Assembly: GCF_000150275.1 (NCBI RefSeq)
Contig: NW_002060945.1
Location: forward strand, 3,557,172-3,621,171
DNA length: 64,000 nucleotides
Reading direction: 5' to 3'
DNA from: Trichoplax adhaerens
Taxonomy: Eukaryota; Animalia; Placozoa
In this document: positions 40,080 to 53,767 of the stretch, in pieces
How the letters are laid out: each line of letters begins with the position of its first letter
Position numbering within the stretch: position 1 is the first letter of the stretch
Translations under genes and position numbers: made by a program
Notes under the pieces: generated by a model
Seen by the model: the letters and a program-made list of their open reading frames with translations, nothing else
What the model was told of the DNA's origin: nothing
Database searches by the model: none

Positions 40080-42237
40080 TTACAAACGACCAGAACTTGT
40101 ACTACCGGCTCTATAAGCCGCTCTAGAGTTTTCGTACTTCTGCCATATCGAAATTAAGAGTGTAAAGCCATACATACCAGCAGCAATGTAGCAATTTCTG
40201 AAAAAGCAAGAAATCTTGATTAGTAAACATAATTAGCTATGGCAACTATAATCTCTTGCTATCGCAATGGTATTTTATGCAACGCATTGATGAACATTTT
40301 AGATTTTTAATGGTTATTAAGTGCATAAATAAAAAAATTGGCCAAATCATTCATATGGTCATTACATTACTCGGTCGAACATAATACGAAGTTCGCATAC
40401 ACTTTAATTTGCAAAATATAAGGCATTGATGATACTATAATCTGCAGCTGGTGTGGCATGATGAACAGAGATCCAGCATTCATTGATCATGGTGCTATAA
40501 TTTACCGCGTAGTATGAATACAAAGTCAACGCATCCGTTGATGTGCGTATTAAATTTAAACTCTACCGTATAGTACTGGTATCAGTCGCATCACATACAT
40601 ACTGCAGTCCAGGCAAATTGTGCAACCATATGTCGCAAATAAATTACCATCTTTCCGATCAGCGATACTACCAGTGCGAGGTATTTGCACTAAACAACTA
40701 TTTCATAGTACTGATTTACTTATTTTAAATGCAAAGTCTTTCTTTCGACATTAGATTATATAATCTCGTAGTTGTTTCTCGTGATACTGTGTAAAGTACG
40801 GTACAATTTGAGTTATTGTACAGTAGTTATCGGAAGTAATATCTCGTAATGCAGCGAATATTATACATGATGCTAAATACTGGTACACCCACACGGAATT
40901 ATTAGTACGTATAGTACTTTAATATTAGCGGTGAAGTGTGTGCTGCATATTCAATTTTTTAGAATGTCTGCTACATTTTATACAGGCTACTTTCGACTTC
41001 TTCGCGCTACGACTATGTAATCATATATAAATATCCGCTAAAATATCATAGATTGGTATGATGTACAGTATACCAAACCTTAAGAAAGACATTTTACTGC
41101 GTTATACCCCGTATACAGCCAGGAAGGATTAACTGTACCATATAAAGACAATCAAGTATTCTCTAGAGCATATGCACTGCGAATACAAGCGAAATTCGGG
41201 CCAAGCTATAATTATATTGCTGTATACAGATATTATTTTTCCATTTAAAGATGATCAATACCCCTTTACTATAGTTATAGAGATAAAGGCATAACAGAGG
41301 ACTATTTTACAGCAGATGCTATCGCATGGATAGTCTGGCGTGCTTTAGTTAATAAATGATATCATTTATGGGAGATATTCAGGCCAATTTTAGAATACGT
41401 ATACGTACTTGTGTTGAGGTGAAGGACGTTCTACGCTATTACAGTCATTTGAACAACTAATTCGACTAATCTTCGGATAACTCTGCGAACTGTTAAGAGA
41501 TGATTCGACGTGTGGAAGGGTAGTGTTTAGTAACTAATTGAAACGCTTCAATTGATCCGGCGACAGAGTTGGTATCGCCTAAGTGTTCATTTCTTTTAAA
41601 CTTTTTACTGAATAAATCGTCAACGTGTAGCAGGTATCAGTACTGTATCCCTATCCCATAGGTAATTGTTCGTTATGCTATGATCAAGCATCATGATATA
41701 AAAAAAGTAATAATTAGCTAATCGAAAATATTAAGACCGTCAATCGCACCATCATTAACGATCACTTTTAACGTGTTTGTCTCACATTTAGCTTCTTATT
41801 CTACTGTAGGATCGATGGTTAAATTTCGATGACAAGAAGTAATCCGTACGGTATTGCATTACAGTTACTCTACTGACATCAATTACGTAGTGACTATCAT
41901 AAAAGCTATCATAGACCAACATTCTGTTTGGATGCCTTTTATATTGTTTAACTTACGTCGCAGTTTGATCCCATCCATCCTCATCGACATCTTCAGATAC
42001 AGTGACGGCACGAGTTTGGAAAAAAATACCGAGAATAATCTAATAATGGGATATAAAAATGGTGAGGAAAGCATCTGGAAAAAAAGTTCAACCATGAAAT
42101 TGGGCTGACATATGATAGGAACATTCAACATGAATATTGTACGCCTGTTGTAGAAATCGTACCAGCATTACAATCCCCCAAATGCTTAGAACAAAGCAGC
42201 AGTTGGAGCATTTAGGCCCACAGAATCGATATACCAT
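40080..42237 (-). CDS. RNASEK: Ribonuclease kappa / V-ATPase subunit f homolog, 91 aa, 3 exons (42237-42163, 42039-41957, 40197-40080)
   Basis: Spliced product MVYRFCGPKCSNCCFVLSIWGIVML-IILGIFFQTRAVTVSEDVDEDGWDQTAT-NCYIAAGMYGFTLLISIWQKYENSRAAYRAGSTSSGRL*. It carries the RNASEK motifs CGPK..C..VLS.WG..ML..LGIFF....ED and NC.IAA..Y. Splice phases are consistent. Confidence 0.95.
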
Positions 42238-42399
42238 GATTGGAATATTGTTTTGAAGCAGCGATGGATCGGAAATTCAAGAGTACTAGAATATGTCGTT
42301 GATTACGGCGTACTCGATCGTCCAAGCCGTTGAACGTCAACAGCAAGATCAAGATGGAATGAAATGATACTCATCGCCGCGACGATTGAGCATATTTTA

Positions 42400-43150
42400 G
42401 TACAGTATTGGTACGTACATTACGGTCGACAGTCCAGTACTGTACTGTACTGGCCACAGTATGTCACATGCCCAGTGATGTAATACTGCAGTATACTGTA
42501 CGTTATGTATTGTCCACTGTCAGTACAGTACAGTACAGTATACTGTAGGGGGTACTGTGATTCTTCTTTGACTCTTGTACAGTGTACAGTGTACGCTGTA
42601 CAGTATACCGTACTGTACTGTACGGTGTGAGCCAGTTCTCTTTAGAGTGCTATTAGGCAAAATAAATTGTAGTAAAGCTGCAAAATTTGCCTAAACTTCT
42701 ATACCTACAGATAGATGAAGGAACTATTCAGCTTTATATTCGTATAATTCTTATTACATTTTGATTCACACTCGTGATTTTAGGATACCTTAAAGTACTC
42801 TGATTCGAACTGGTTCACACTGTACAGTACAGCAACCACTTTTCTTTTCTACCGACTGCAGTATTAGAGACCTTATCGCTACATCATGTGACAGTCACTA
42901 GTGCACGTTCGTGCGGTACGTCTTTCTACTGAAGTCATCCGCCATCACGGACGGACGACGATACGGCAACCAAAGCTCTCTGAATAGAGGGGTGTGTAGT
43001 GTAACGTGCGCTTGACCCTACTCTGCAACTTCAATTAGTAGAGCAGAAGTTGATGCTAGTGTAGTACTATGACTACTGTAGACTGGCTGGATGCGTTGCA
43101 GTACTGCATGGGGAAGTTTAAATCGATTTCAGTACAGTAGTACAGGACAC
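42400..43150. promoter_or_regulatory. Bidirectional promoter region RNASEK/NPEPPS, TACAG/CTGTA-rich
   Basis: Lies between head-to-head start codons (42237 and 43285). Dense cagtacagtacagta and gtactgtactgtac runs. Confidence 0.6.
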
Positions 43151-43284
43151 CCAGCTGAAATCGGTATCGTTACACTGTTACAGTAATCTGTATGGTCGCT
43201 TGAAGGCCAATCTGAGGTGTCACATACGACACAACGCGTCTTTACTTTAGCCATTTTTGCTGAAAGGGAGAAGTCCTTATTTCT

Positions 43285-46200
43285 ATGCGATTCTTCCTGA
43301 AAAGAACCTTTACTACCTTGGCAGCGTTATCCTCAGGCGGTATGGCTAATATAAAGAAATTACCGTTCTCACGTTTACCCAAAGCTGTTATTCCTGTTCA
43401 TTATGCTTTGGAAATCAAACCAAATTTGAAGACATTCAAATTCAATGGACGAGTGGTTGTTGATACCAAGGTAAGACCAGTCCAGTAGAATGCCAAAAAT
43501 GCACAGTGAAAGGTCGAATTCAAACGCCACTATCGCTTATGGCTTGATACATTAACCAATTGTAAGACAAACTAGTATGACTGTTAGCAGTCTAGAGATA
43601 TGCAAATATCCTTGGATTTAGTGTGGGTACAAATTTTGGGGGTACTGTCAAAGATCAGCGTGTTCTTAACAAGAGTACTGCTCTTTTTTCTTAATCTTGG
43701 CCTTTTAGTTATGGCTTAGTAAAAGCTGACAGTACGTGTAGACGTCAGTGTGTTGTTTTAGAAATTCACGGCACTGAGATGATTTGACAATTTATACCAA
43801 CCATAAATACGTATACGGACTGTACTAGGGATTAATCCAAAACAGACACTTGTTATTTGGACAAGTATACGTGTCATAGATCTGCTCATGCCTCAGATCG
43901 AAAGTTGTATCGTAGTAGTGAATTAAGTTGTTTTTGAAGAAGTTACTGTAATTACCTGGTGAGGAGAATACTTGCAGTGACTTTGTCAGTCCGGTTAATA
44001 GCAGTGCAAGATATACGAAAGTTGTACAGTACTGTAGTTGTGAATTACGTTGTTTTTGAAGAAGTTACTGTAATTACCCGGTAACGAGACTATTTGCCTG
44101 CAGTGACTTTTACGGTTAACAGCAGTGCAAGATATACGAAAGTTGTACTGTAGTTGTGAATTACATTGTTTTTCAATAAGTTACTGTAAGTACCCGGTAA
44201 GGAGGCTATTTGCAGTGACTCTTACGGTTGACAGCAGTGTAAGATATACTCCATGCGTATCAGTGATAGCAACAACTAAGCTTTAGCTAAAATACGATCA
44301 GTAGCTACCTATCACTGTTGCAATTATAATCATTATATCTTTGTAGCATGAGACTTCTTTAGTGATCATAGTGGAACAATTACCAGTATTTATACGGTAC
44401 CCGTATTTTAGGACGAGGACAGAGTCCGTTTACATCCTTTATTACTCATCTATTTTTTAGACTATAATTACCAAAATGATACAATTTCATTACATTGGAT
44501 TAAAATCCACTTGAATGACTTACTGATAAACCTAATTACAGGTAAACGAAGAAACTGATGAAATTCTTATCAATTCTGCTGATATCGAAATTCTACGTGC
44601 TTCGTTCAACAGTGTAGAAAGTGAGTCCAAGCGTAACTTGTGTAAATGTTAATAATTGCTACGAGTTTAAAAAGTACGATACTTGGAGGTTGATTGCTAG
44701 GAAGCAATATAATGTTTTGCGCGTATACATGTATATATATATATATATATGTACACTAGAAAATAATTACCAGCATTAATTATAATAATTAATATTTCTA
44801 ATACATGTATTTATATATCTTGTAACCTACAGTTGCCAATGGAATAAGAGTGACTTCTATTTACTAACATGAGTTTCAATTACAATATTTTAAGGCTCTA
44901 ATATTACCTATCATGAGACTGATGAGACGGTATCGATTAAGTACCCGCAGAAACTTGCCAAGGGTGATGGAAAATTAATGATTGATTACGTTGGTATTTT
45001 GAATGACAAGATGAAAGGCTTTTACCGAAGTAAATTTACGGCGGTTGATGGATCTGAACGATATGTAGCCGTTACTCAATTCGAGGTAATTATACATTGT
45101 ATAAATTTGATCAGTATATTATAATTTGAAATTAATAAAATTGCTAAACTTAAACATGTACCCTATCTTTACAAGTCTACGGATGCAAGGCGAGCCCTGC
45201 CATGCTGGGATGAACCCGCAATTAAAGCGACTTTCGATGTGACGATGATTGTACCTAAGGACAAAGTGGCTCTTTCTAATATGGTAACTGCTTCGTTTAC
45301 TGATTGTCGACCCATATTATGTAGTACATTGAAATTGAGAAAAGCTATGCTGTATTTTGCTTACACGTAAATAATTCGAATTCAATCCTTAAATATTTTA
45401 TACGAAAACTATATTAGTAATACGATTCATTCTTAATTACAGAATGCAGAGATAGAAGAGCCTTTGCAGGAAGGTCGAACCACTCTAGAGTTAGATCGTG
45501 AAACGGAAAATATTTCTGATCTAAAAGTCATAAAATTCGCTAAGACGCCAATAATGTCGACATATCTCTTAGCTTTTGTTGTCGGTGACTTCGAATATGT
45601 TGAAGCTAGATCTGCCGATGGCGTATTAGTACGTGTTTACGCCCCAATTGGTAAAAAGGACCAAGGAAAATTTGCGTTAGATGTTGCTGTTAAAACTCTT
45701 CCTTTTTACAAAGATTATTTCAACATACCGTATCCACTACCCAAAATTGATCTTATTGCCATTGCCGATTTTGCCGCCGGAGCTATGGAAAATTGGGGTC
45801 TTGTTACTTATCGAGAAACAGCCCTACTGATTGATCCTGTAAACTCATCTTCTTCCAACAAACAATGGGTAGCAATTGTTGTCGGCCACGAACTGGCTCA
45901 TCAGTGGTTTGGCAACCTTGTAACTATGGAGTGGTGGACTCATTTATGGTTAAACGAAGGCTTTGCTTCATGGATTGAGTACCTATGCGTTGACCATTGC
46001 TTCCCTGAATGGGATATTTGGACTCAATTTCTTGTGATGGATTCGGCTAGAGCATTAGAATTGGATTCGTTAAATAACAGCCACCCAATTGAGGTGCCGG
46101 TTGGTCACCCCTCAGAAGTTGATGAGATCTTTGATGCAATCTCCTATCAGAAAGGATCATCGATTATTGCTATGCTGCATGATTTTCTAGGAGATGATGG

Positions 46201-47590
46201 CTTCCGTTCTGGTTTGAATCATTACTTAGAAAAATTTAAGTATTCTAACGCACAGACGGAAGACTTATGGGAATCACTCGAAGGTGCAACTCAAAAGCCC
46301 GTAAATAAAGTTATGAGTTCGTGGACCCGTCAAATGGGCTATCCTGTAGTATCAGTTTCCGCGAAGCATTCTGGTCAATCCGTAGAGCTTGAAATATCTC
46401 AATCTAAATTTTGTGCTGACGGCCAGCTTGACTCTAGCCACGAAAATTACGAGTGGTTGATACCTATGGTGATTGCGAATGGTTCTAATAATAAACAACC
46501 TGTTAAGATCATTCTTGATGAAAAGTCAAAATCTGTCACATTACAAGATGTTAAACAGGACGATTGGGTAAAAATCAATTTTGGACAATTTGGATTTTAT
46601 CGTGTCCGCTATACTTCCGACATGTTACTCAAACTTGTTCCAGCGGTAGCTAATAAGGTGTTAAGTCCACGAGATCGTCTAGGCCTGCAGAATGATACTT
46701 TTGCTCTAACTAAAGCTGGACTCTTAAATACTACTGATTATCTTGATTTACTGCAAGCTTTTTCTAAAGAAGATAATTATACCGTTTGGAGTGATATCAT
46801 CGGAAACTTTGGTTCAATTATAAGTTTGATGGAGTACGCAAATCTCACGGATGGCTTTAAAGCTGTAGGTATTGAATTACTGACAGACATAGTCAAGACA
46901 TTAGGATGGGAAATGAAGGCTAATGAAAAGCACACAGATGGCTTACTGCGCAGCCTAGCAGTATTACACTTAGGTAGATTTGGTCATACTGAGACCATGG
47001 CAGAAGCAAAATCAAAATTCGCAGCACATTTGGACGGTACTAAAGCTATAGACCCAGATTTGCGAAGTGCTATCTACAAAGTCGTACTTTCTGAAGGAGA
47101 CGAAACAACCTTCAATGCTTTACTTAAGCTTATTGATACAACGGATTTGCAAGAAGAAAAGATGCGTGTTATGGTTTCGCTAGGGGCAGCAAATGGAGAA
47201 CATTTGCTAACTCGAGCTTTAGAATTTGCTATGTCTGACAAAGTAAGATCTCAGGACAAGGTTTTCATCATCGAAAGTATTGCCAGAAGTGGTAAAATTG
47301 GTAGACAGCTCACATGGAATTTTATGAAGCAAAATTGGGATAAATTGAACAGCATTTACCAAGGAGGCTTTTTGCTGTCAAGGCTAATCAAAGGCTGTTT
47401 AAGCGGTTTTGCCGGGGAAGAATTTTCAGCGGATATAAGGGAATTTTTCAGCACGAAGAGTGTTCCTGCAGCGGAACGTACGATTGAACAAGTGATTGAA
47501 AGTATTGAATTAAATACAAAGTGGCTATCGCGCGATGTTTCATCTGTCACTTCGTGGATGCAAAATAAGAACTACATTCCTTCGAAATAA
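43285..47590 (+). CDS. NPEPPS: Puromycin-sensitive aminopeptidase (M1 metallopeptidase), 5 exons (43285-43470, 44542-44620 or 44641, 44895-45085, 45176-45283, 45443-47590)
   Basis: RLPKAVIPVHY N-terminus, [49 protein letters not shown], the HELAHQWFGNLVTMEWWTHLWLNEGFA zinc motif, and an ERAP1-like C-terminal domain. Confidence 0.96.
43900..44250. repeat. ~118-bp tandem repeat, 3 copies, in NPEPPS intron 1
   Basis: gaaagttgta...gtgaatta..ttgttttt.aa.aagttactgtaa.tacc.ggt...gcagtgact...cggtt...agcagtg.aagatatac starts at 43900, 44017 and 44138. Confidence 0.9.
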
Positions 47591-48892
47591 GACTATCTTG
47601 TAACAGGAAATGTTATTCAGATGAGCATTGATAGATTTAATTTCGCCTTAGTAGGCCTTTTTACTAGTTTTGACCTGAAAACATTCAGTACCCTATTGTG
47701 TTTATCTATTCACGTAATAATAGACTCCTTCTATTGTGCCAACTATATTAAATATATGAAATTTATATAACGCATTGGTGTCTTAATTCATGGAAGCTCG
47801 CTCGTAATGGTGGATGTGAAAATTTGAGGAAAAGGAAATTGCTTAATAAATTATCCTTTTGATACTTAATGTTATATGCAAGTACTCATTCTAGTATGAC
47901 GATTATATACGTAAGCTAAGAAATAATTTAAATTTGAAACTTTCGCCCCTGTGAAGTTCACAATGAATGAAATCAATTTTGAACCGTGGTACCTGAAGAT
48001 ACCAATTCACAATAACAGAGCAAATTATAGCTTTCCATATTCCCGGCGGGGGTTCTACTATATCGCTAGAAAAGTTTATTGGCCTTTTATTCTTACTAGT
48101 TCTTCAACTACAGTAGATCTGAAATTGTCTTTTATTGCTGTAGCACTTAATTCTTAAGTTAATGAAATTCCTTGCGATATAATATATATGAAATTAATAG
48201 TTACAGAATATTAAACAATGTAGCAATCTCTGTTAGCAAGATGTAATCTAGAAACAGTTAATTAACTACATTGACAATCTTCTATCGATTCTTACAATTT
48301 ATATTTGATCCCTGCATACAGTACAATACCGTAAATTTCGTGAAAACGAGTGGACTCAGTTACGGATATACAAGATATAGCGCTATGACAAGCTTACATA
48401 GCGATATATTTGCTTAGCAATGTATATCTTGTTTTGCATATTCAGTAAGTGTAGCTATCCACATACGTATTAGCATTCCTGTGGTAACAAGTTTCGCCAC
48501 GTTATGAGCAAAACGAGAAACTATCCTTACGATAGTGGCGATGTCACTGATCGTTGCTTGTTGAATTTTTAAGACGTATCAAACAAATTATACAATATTT
48601 ACTATATAAATTTATATTTCAGTTCATTTATTCTACAGTAACAGAGCAATGCACCCTATTTAGGTAGAAATACAGTAGTAATAGCTAAAAATATAAATAT
48701 ATCTCAGTTAATTTTACTTTCATCACTATCTTAAAAATTTAGAGCAATTCCAAGGTTGCATTTGCATTTCTAATGTCCATCAGTGAGTAATTCCTTAGCT
48801 AGATTCAAATCTAACCAGAATAATAGTAAAAATTTATAGATAGAGCTATTCGGCGGGTAATATTTCTGATGATTGAAATAAAGTGCTGGGCT

Positions 48893-49534
48893 TCAATCAT
48901 TCTGTGATCGTTTCTTGCGGCCTAATTCCTTGTGTTTCATTCTTCTCTCGTTCAAATACTCCATGCGCTTTCTGTCCAGGTGTCTTTTAGTTAGAATAAA
49001 CGCTGTTACCCCACTGGTCATAGCAAAAGCCCTAGAAAAGATTTTAATTTTTTTTAAAATGAAATACGTATATTTATATAGAATGTGTCTATCTACAACA
49101 CCTGTTCAAAAAATGCAACTAAATATCAAGAATCTGTTACGTGGAAGTTCTTACGCTCTTACATGCAATTATAAATATTAATAATCTGTTAAGTAGAAGT
49201 TCTTACGCTCTTACATGTAATTTTAGTTGTATTTTATTACACAATTACATTATATACTACAGAAATACAGTATAATGTAGGTGCAGTTATTTGGGACTGT
49301 GCGTTCGATAATTAATTAATATGGGTTTTAAAAGTTATGCAAACACATATCATGAAACTATGAATATTATTTTTATACTGTAATCACAATATCTCAGTTT
49401 TCGTACGTAAATGGTATCCCTAAATGAATGAGTCTTGCTAAGTGTGATTGTAGACTTCAAACTATTATAGAATCGACATTTACCGACATGATTATAAATG
49501 GTAGTACTTACCATCCAATCATTACTGTTTTCAT
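48893..49534 (-). CDS. 53-aa single-pass membrane microprotein, DUF4748-like; coding exons 49534-49512 and 49031-48893, probable non-coding first exon ending at 50167
   Basis: Spliced product MKTVMIGWAFAMTSGVTAFILTKRHLDRKRMEYLNERRMKHKELGRKKRSQND*, with strong gtaagt/ctag splice sites in matching phase. The GW-hydrophobic-KR.lD..R pattern recalls DUF4748 proteins (family call from memory). Confidence 0.75.
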
Positions 49535-50289
49535 GCTAACCTTTAGTCCATCCAGGCGTCGATATAAATACGATATCATATTTGCAAAGTGATACTATGT
49601 TGCGTACCTTACAACAGCAGTTATATATTCACTATCGTTTGTAATTAGATGGTATATAATGACAGTGGGCAGTTATTACTATGTAACAATTTTGTGCATT
49701 AATAGTACGATAGTAACGATATACGATGATACAATCACTCAATAATGTACTGTGCGGAGATTATAATTACTATATTATACACTCAGGGCTTTTAGTATCT
49801 TGTCGCTTTTCCGCAGCCAACGTTGGTGAAAACACTAAAAAATAAACGATGTAGGTATTTGCTGTTAGAAATTCGATATATAGATTAAAATAAAACAGAA
49901 AGTAACTCAATACTTTCCAGCCCTTTATGTATACAATATGCAACAAGTGGATAATACAGAACGTAGGATAAAAATACTCTCTATTCAGCCAAGAGAGGTA
50001 TCTTCACGTTGTACGGTTAATTTTTGCAGGTAGTCAATAACACTTTGTTCACTCTTGAAGTCATACTAAGTGATGACTTATTCAGTTCGTACTATAAGTA
50101 GCTATCAGTAAAAACTTACGCGTATATGTTATAAACTACTTTCGTAATATATGAGAGGAATCTTACCAGTTGAAGGTGCTAATAGTCTTTTAAATAATTA
50201 CTATTTCGTCGATGCATCGAAGACGAATGAATATTATTAAAGAGCTTCAAGATTCGAGCTCGATTTACAGTATGCAACAATCAGACTGG

Positions 50290-50500
50290 ACAATGAATAT
50301 ACTGTACAGTACTCTAGACCTAAGCTACCGTATGGTACAGTACAGTACAGTACTGTATCCCAGAACGTTACCGTGCAATACGGTAACTGTACAGTACAGT
50401 ATAAAGGGTCTCATGTGTGAAACAGCTACAGTACAGTACTGTACTGTGCGGTATCGTACACGGTACGCGTACTGTACAGTACTGTACTGTACATATAGTG
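50290..50500. promoter_or_regulatory. Bidirectional promoter region microprotein/AAMP, TACAG/CTGTA-rich
   Basis: Almost continuous tacagtac/gtactgta runs between head-to-head first exons. Confidence 0.6.
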
Positions 50501-50782
50501 CCGAGCCGAGCTCAATCTTGAGGTGAATAATCCTGCAAAATTGATTTCTAATTGGATTCTTGCTTGAAAATTACCGTCATTAACGTAGTTAATAGCAATT
50601 AAGCGGTGGCTATACTATTCTTCTACAGGATCTACTCGCTACGGATGTCGTAGGACGATAAAATTCTACACTTTATATTGTACCTACGATATAGCTTCAG
50701 TCAGGTCAGATTATTATTATTTTGGATCGTTCAACTTTGCTGCACTAAATTAGCTCACATATTAAAAAAGTAAGTTCAATCG

Positions 50783-53767
50783 ATGGACGGGTATAACCAA
50801 CACGATTCTAACGGTAATGAAGATATGACTGAAAATGGATACGAAGTTGTTGACGTAAATGATGGCGATGCTGCTGCTGAAAGTGAGGATGACATGAATG
50901 ATGGTAAGTATTACAAAATACGTTACATGATCTGCAGAGAATGTTCTCATCTTAATGGCACCTCTGATAAATGGCTTAAACGATTAAGCTGTTTATGCTC
51001 AATATAGTATCAGAGTTATTGGCACTGGCTGGACCTACCATTCAGTTATGTTATAGTGCCTGTGATAATAAGAAATAATCGTTAAGTTTTACTATTCGTA
51101 GACGCTATGACAAGGTGCTAGGATATTAACTCTGATAATATAACTAGTGATTTTTACAATGATTGTGTAATGTAGAGGAATTTGCAGAAGGAGCAATGGG
51201 ACCAAGCGATGACGAAGAAATACAAGCTTATTCTCGATCATATAGGCAACATCAAGGTAAGTTATGGCTAAACAGGCGTTAAATTAACCAAATTGAATGA
51301 TATAAATACGTAATTAATAATATAAGTACAAATTGTAATATTGTTTATTGCATATCAATGCAAGTTATAACCGTAAATTCATTACTATTACAATCTTGTA
51401 TCCACAATTACAGTCATAGATTGTCATAAAATCGTCAAGTAGGCAATCCTTTATACTTAATGCAAGTCTAATCTTTCTCGGATCATATGACAGACGTACA
51501 ATTAATAATTTTAATTTAGGGTCAGTGTTTTCCGTTGCAATCGACCCTGCCAATGGCAATTTAGCATTGACAGGAGGCGAAGATGACGTTGCTTATCTCT
51601 GGTCATTAGAAAACGGGAATATTTTGCTTGAATGCAAAGGTATAATTTGATAAGTCAATGGAATAAATTTATTCATTATTTAATAAATGTAGCAACATCA
51701 TGTCGGCGCCCACCTGGATGTTTAGAGTTCATGATTTTCTCATATTAATGATATGTCTATGTTTATGTGCAAAAATTTATTTAGGGCATAAAGACTCAGT
51801 AACTTGTGTCAGTTTTAGTTCAAATAGCAAATATTTTGCAACGGGCGACATGAGTGGGATTGTTAAAGTATGGGAAGTTGAAAAAAAACAAGAAATATTT
51901 TCTGCGGAATGTAGCGATATCGAGGTAACGCAAAAATGTCCATGTATAATATATGCATGGGTGTGGTCTTACTAGATTTGATGATATAACATATATATTT
52001 CATATGTATTTTATGGTTGATAAACGACGCGCAAGAATTAATACTATTTTTGAGTGATAACTTACGAGTGCTAAATTGATTTTACTATTTTGATAAAGAA
52101 GCTTTGTTAAACAGGTTTAAGGTTACTATGATATAGGGTTATTGAGCATGTCACTTTAGTTGTTGAAGGTATATATACATTTAGTTATCAATGAAAGATC
52201 TATGTATTGTATTTATAGTGGATGGAATGGCATAGCAATTATCCAGTACTTCTGGCTGGCGCTATAGATGGAAATGTATGGATGTGGCAAATCCCTACAG
52301 GTCTTTGCAAGATGTGTCAAAGCCATGGCTCAAAGTCGACTTGTGGAAAAGTATTCAACGACGGTACATGAGAAATAATAGGAATAATATCATATACGAT
52401 GCCCTTACTATAAATCAGTTTTGTTAAATTTTTGTTTGCTACTTAATTTAAATGGTACTCAGTATTTTAATATTGTTTCCAGTTAAACAATTGACCTAAA
52501 CTCCGTTCTTTTCTAATTTTAGATTCTGAAAATTTGTAAACAATTATTGAAATAACCCATTCAAACTATATTCTATTTTGTACATATGTGCAGGTAACCG
52601 AGCTTGTTTTGGCTATGAAGATGGATCTATAAAAATAGTGGACCTCAGAACTCTATCAACATTGTACCATATATCTGGTATTTTATGCGATAACTAGAAT
52701 GGAATTTAATTTAAATGATTTTCAATTTAATGGTATCACTGCTATTGTGATTGTTAGGAAATACAGGCCATTCGGATGCAGTGACTTCAATAGATATTTA
52801 TTCAGATGGAATTCTCATAGCTACGTCTTCTCTAGATGGAAGTATTAAAGTTATCAATTCAGCAAATGGAAGGGTAAGTTTAAACATGCACCTTGCGATG
52901 TAAATTAATATCCGGGATATATAGAGCATAACGACCTCTTTTCCTGAACTGATATCATTTTCTTCATTAGGTTGTTTTAACCCATGCAGCCTCGTGGCCA
53001 GACAATAGCAATAATGATAACAACACAAACACAGAGGCAGAAAAATCAGTTGAAGCAATCTCATTTTCGAAACTGTATGTTTATAGATAATTCTAAATTA
53101 TAAACTGGGGATTAACTTTTACAATAAATTTTTATTTTAAAGACAAACATTGCTCGCATCTGCTTCATTAAATGGAGATTTAGCCATCTGGGATCTTCCT
53201 ACACAAAGACTGCGACATCGTTGCAAACACGAGGTGTGTGAAGGTGTACTACTGTACTTACGGTTGTATCATAGTTGCATATTTATTATGTACTGTAAAT
53301 CTGTCCACGTAATGTGCATATAGTACTGTATATAACATATACACGTATGTATGTTTTATTCACTGTTTTAGCCGAAATGCGTACAATTTTAATCCTATGT
53401 AGTCAGACAAAGAGTGTCATATCGTTCACGGTTTTAATCACATAGTTCCTATCAATATGAAATATCTTTTCGATAACAGGGAGGAGTTTCCAAATTATTA
53501 TGGAATCCTGCTAAACCACTTCTGTACACTGGAGGCTTAAATGGCAACATACTAGTTTGGGACGGACTTAACGGTGAATGTCTTAAAGTTTGGCACGGAC
53601 ATTATGATGAGATATTGGATTTAGCTATTAGTGGGTATGTTACCCTTTCTAAGGTCTTTATTATTTAGCCAAGAATTAATTGCATCTTCTTTATTTGCAG
53701 AGACGGTGAGCGACTTTTATCCTGTTCTTCTGACAGTACAATGCGCTTATATAATTTACAACAATAA
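50783..53767 (+). CDS. AAMP: Angio-associated migratory cell protein (WD40 repeat, Sqt1-like uL16 chaperone family), about 11 exons
   Basis: Acidic N-terminus, then GSVFSVAIDPANGNLALTGGEDDVAYLW, GHKDSVTCVSFS..YFATGDMSGIVKVW, WMEWH..PVLLAGAIDGNVWMWQIP.G, FGYEDGSIKIVDL, LAIWDL...RLRHRCKHEGGVSKLLW and GHYDEILDLAIS. TAA at 53765-53767. Confidence 0.93.

Noticed and set aside
49131-49222. 52-bp direct repeat in the microprotein intron
   Set aside because: Real but a trivial local duplication with no functional signal.
50212-50526. Tyr/Cys/Thr/Val-rich ORFs here and at 34254-34827, 57455-58071 and 58882-59559
   Set aside because: They are translations of the TACAG/CTGTA motif clusters or tandem repeats, not proteins.
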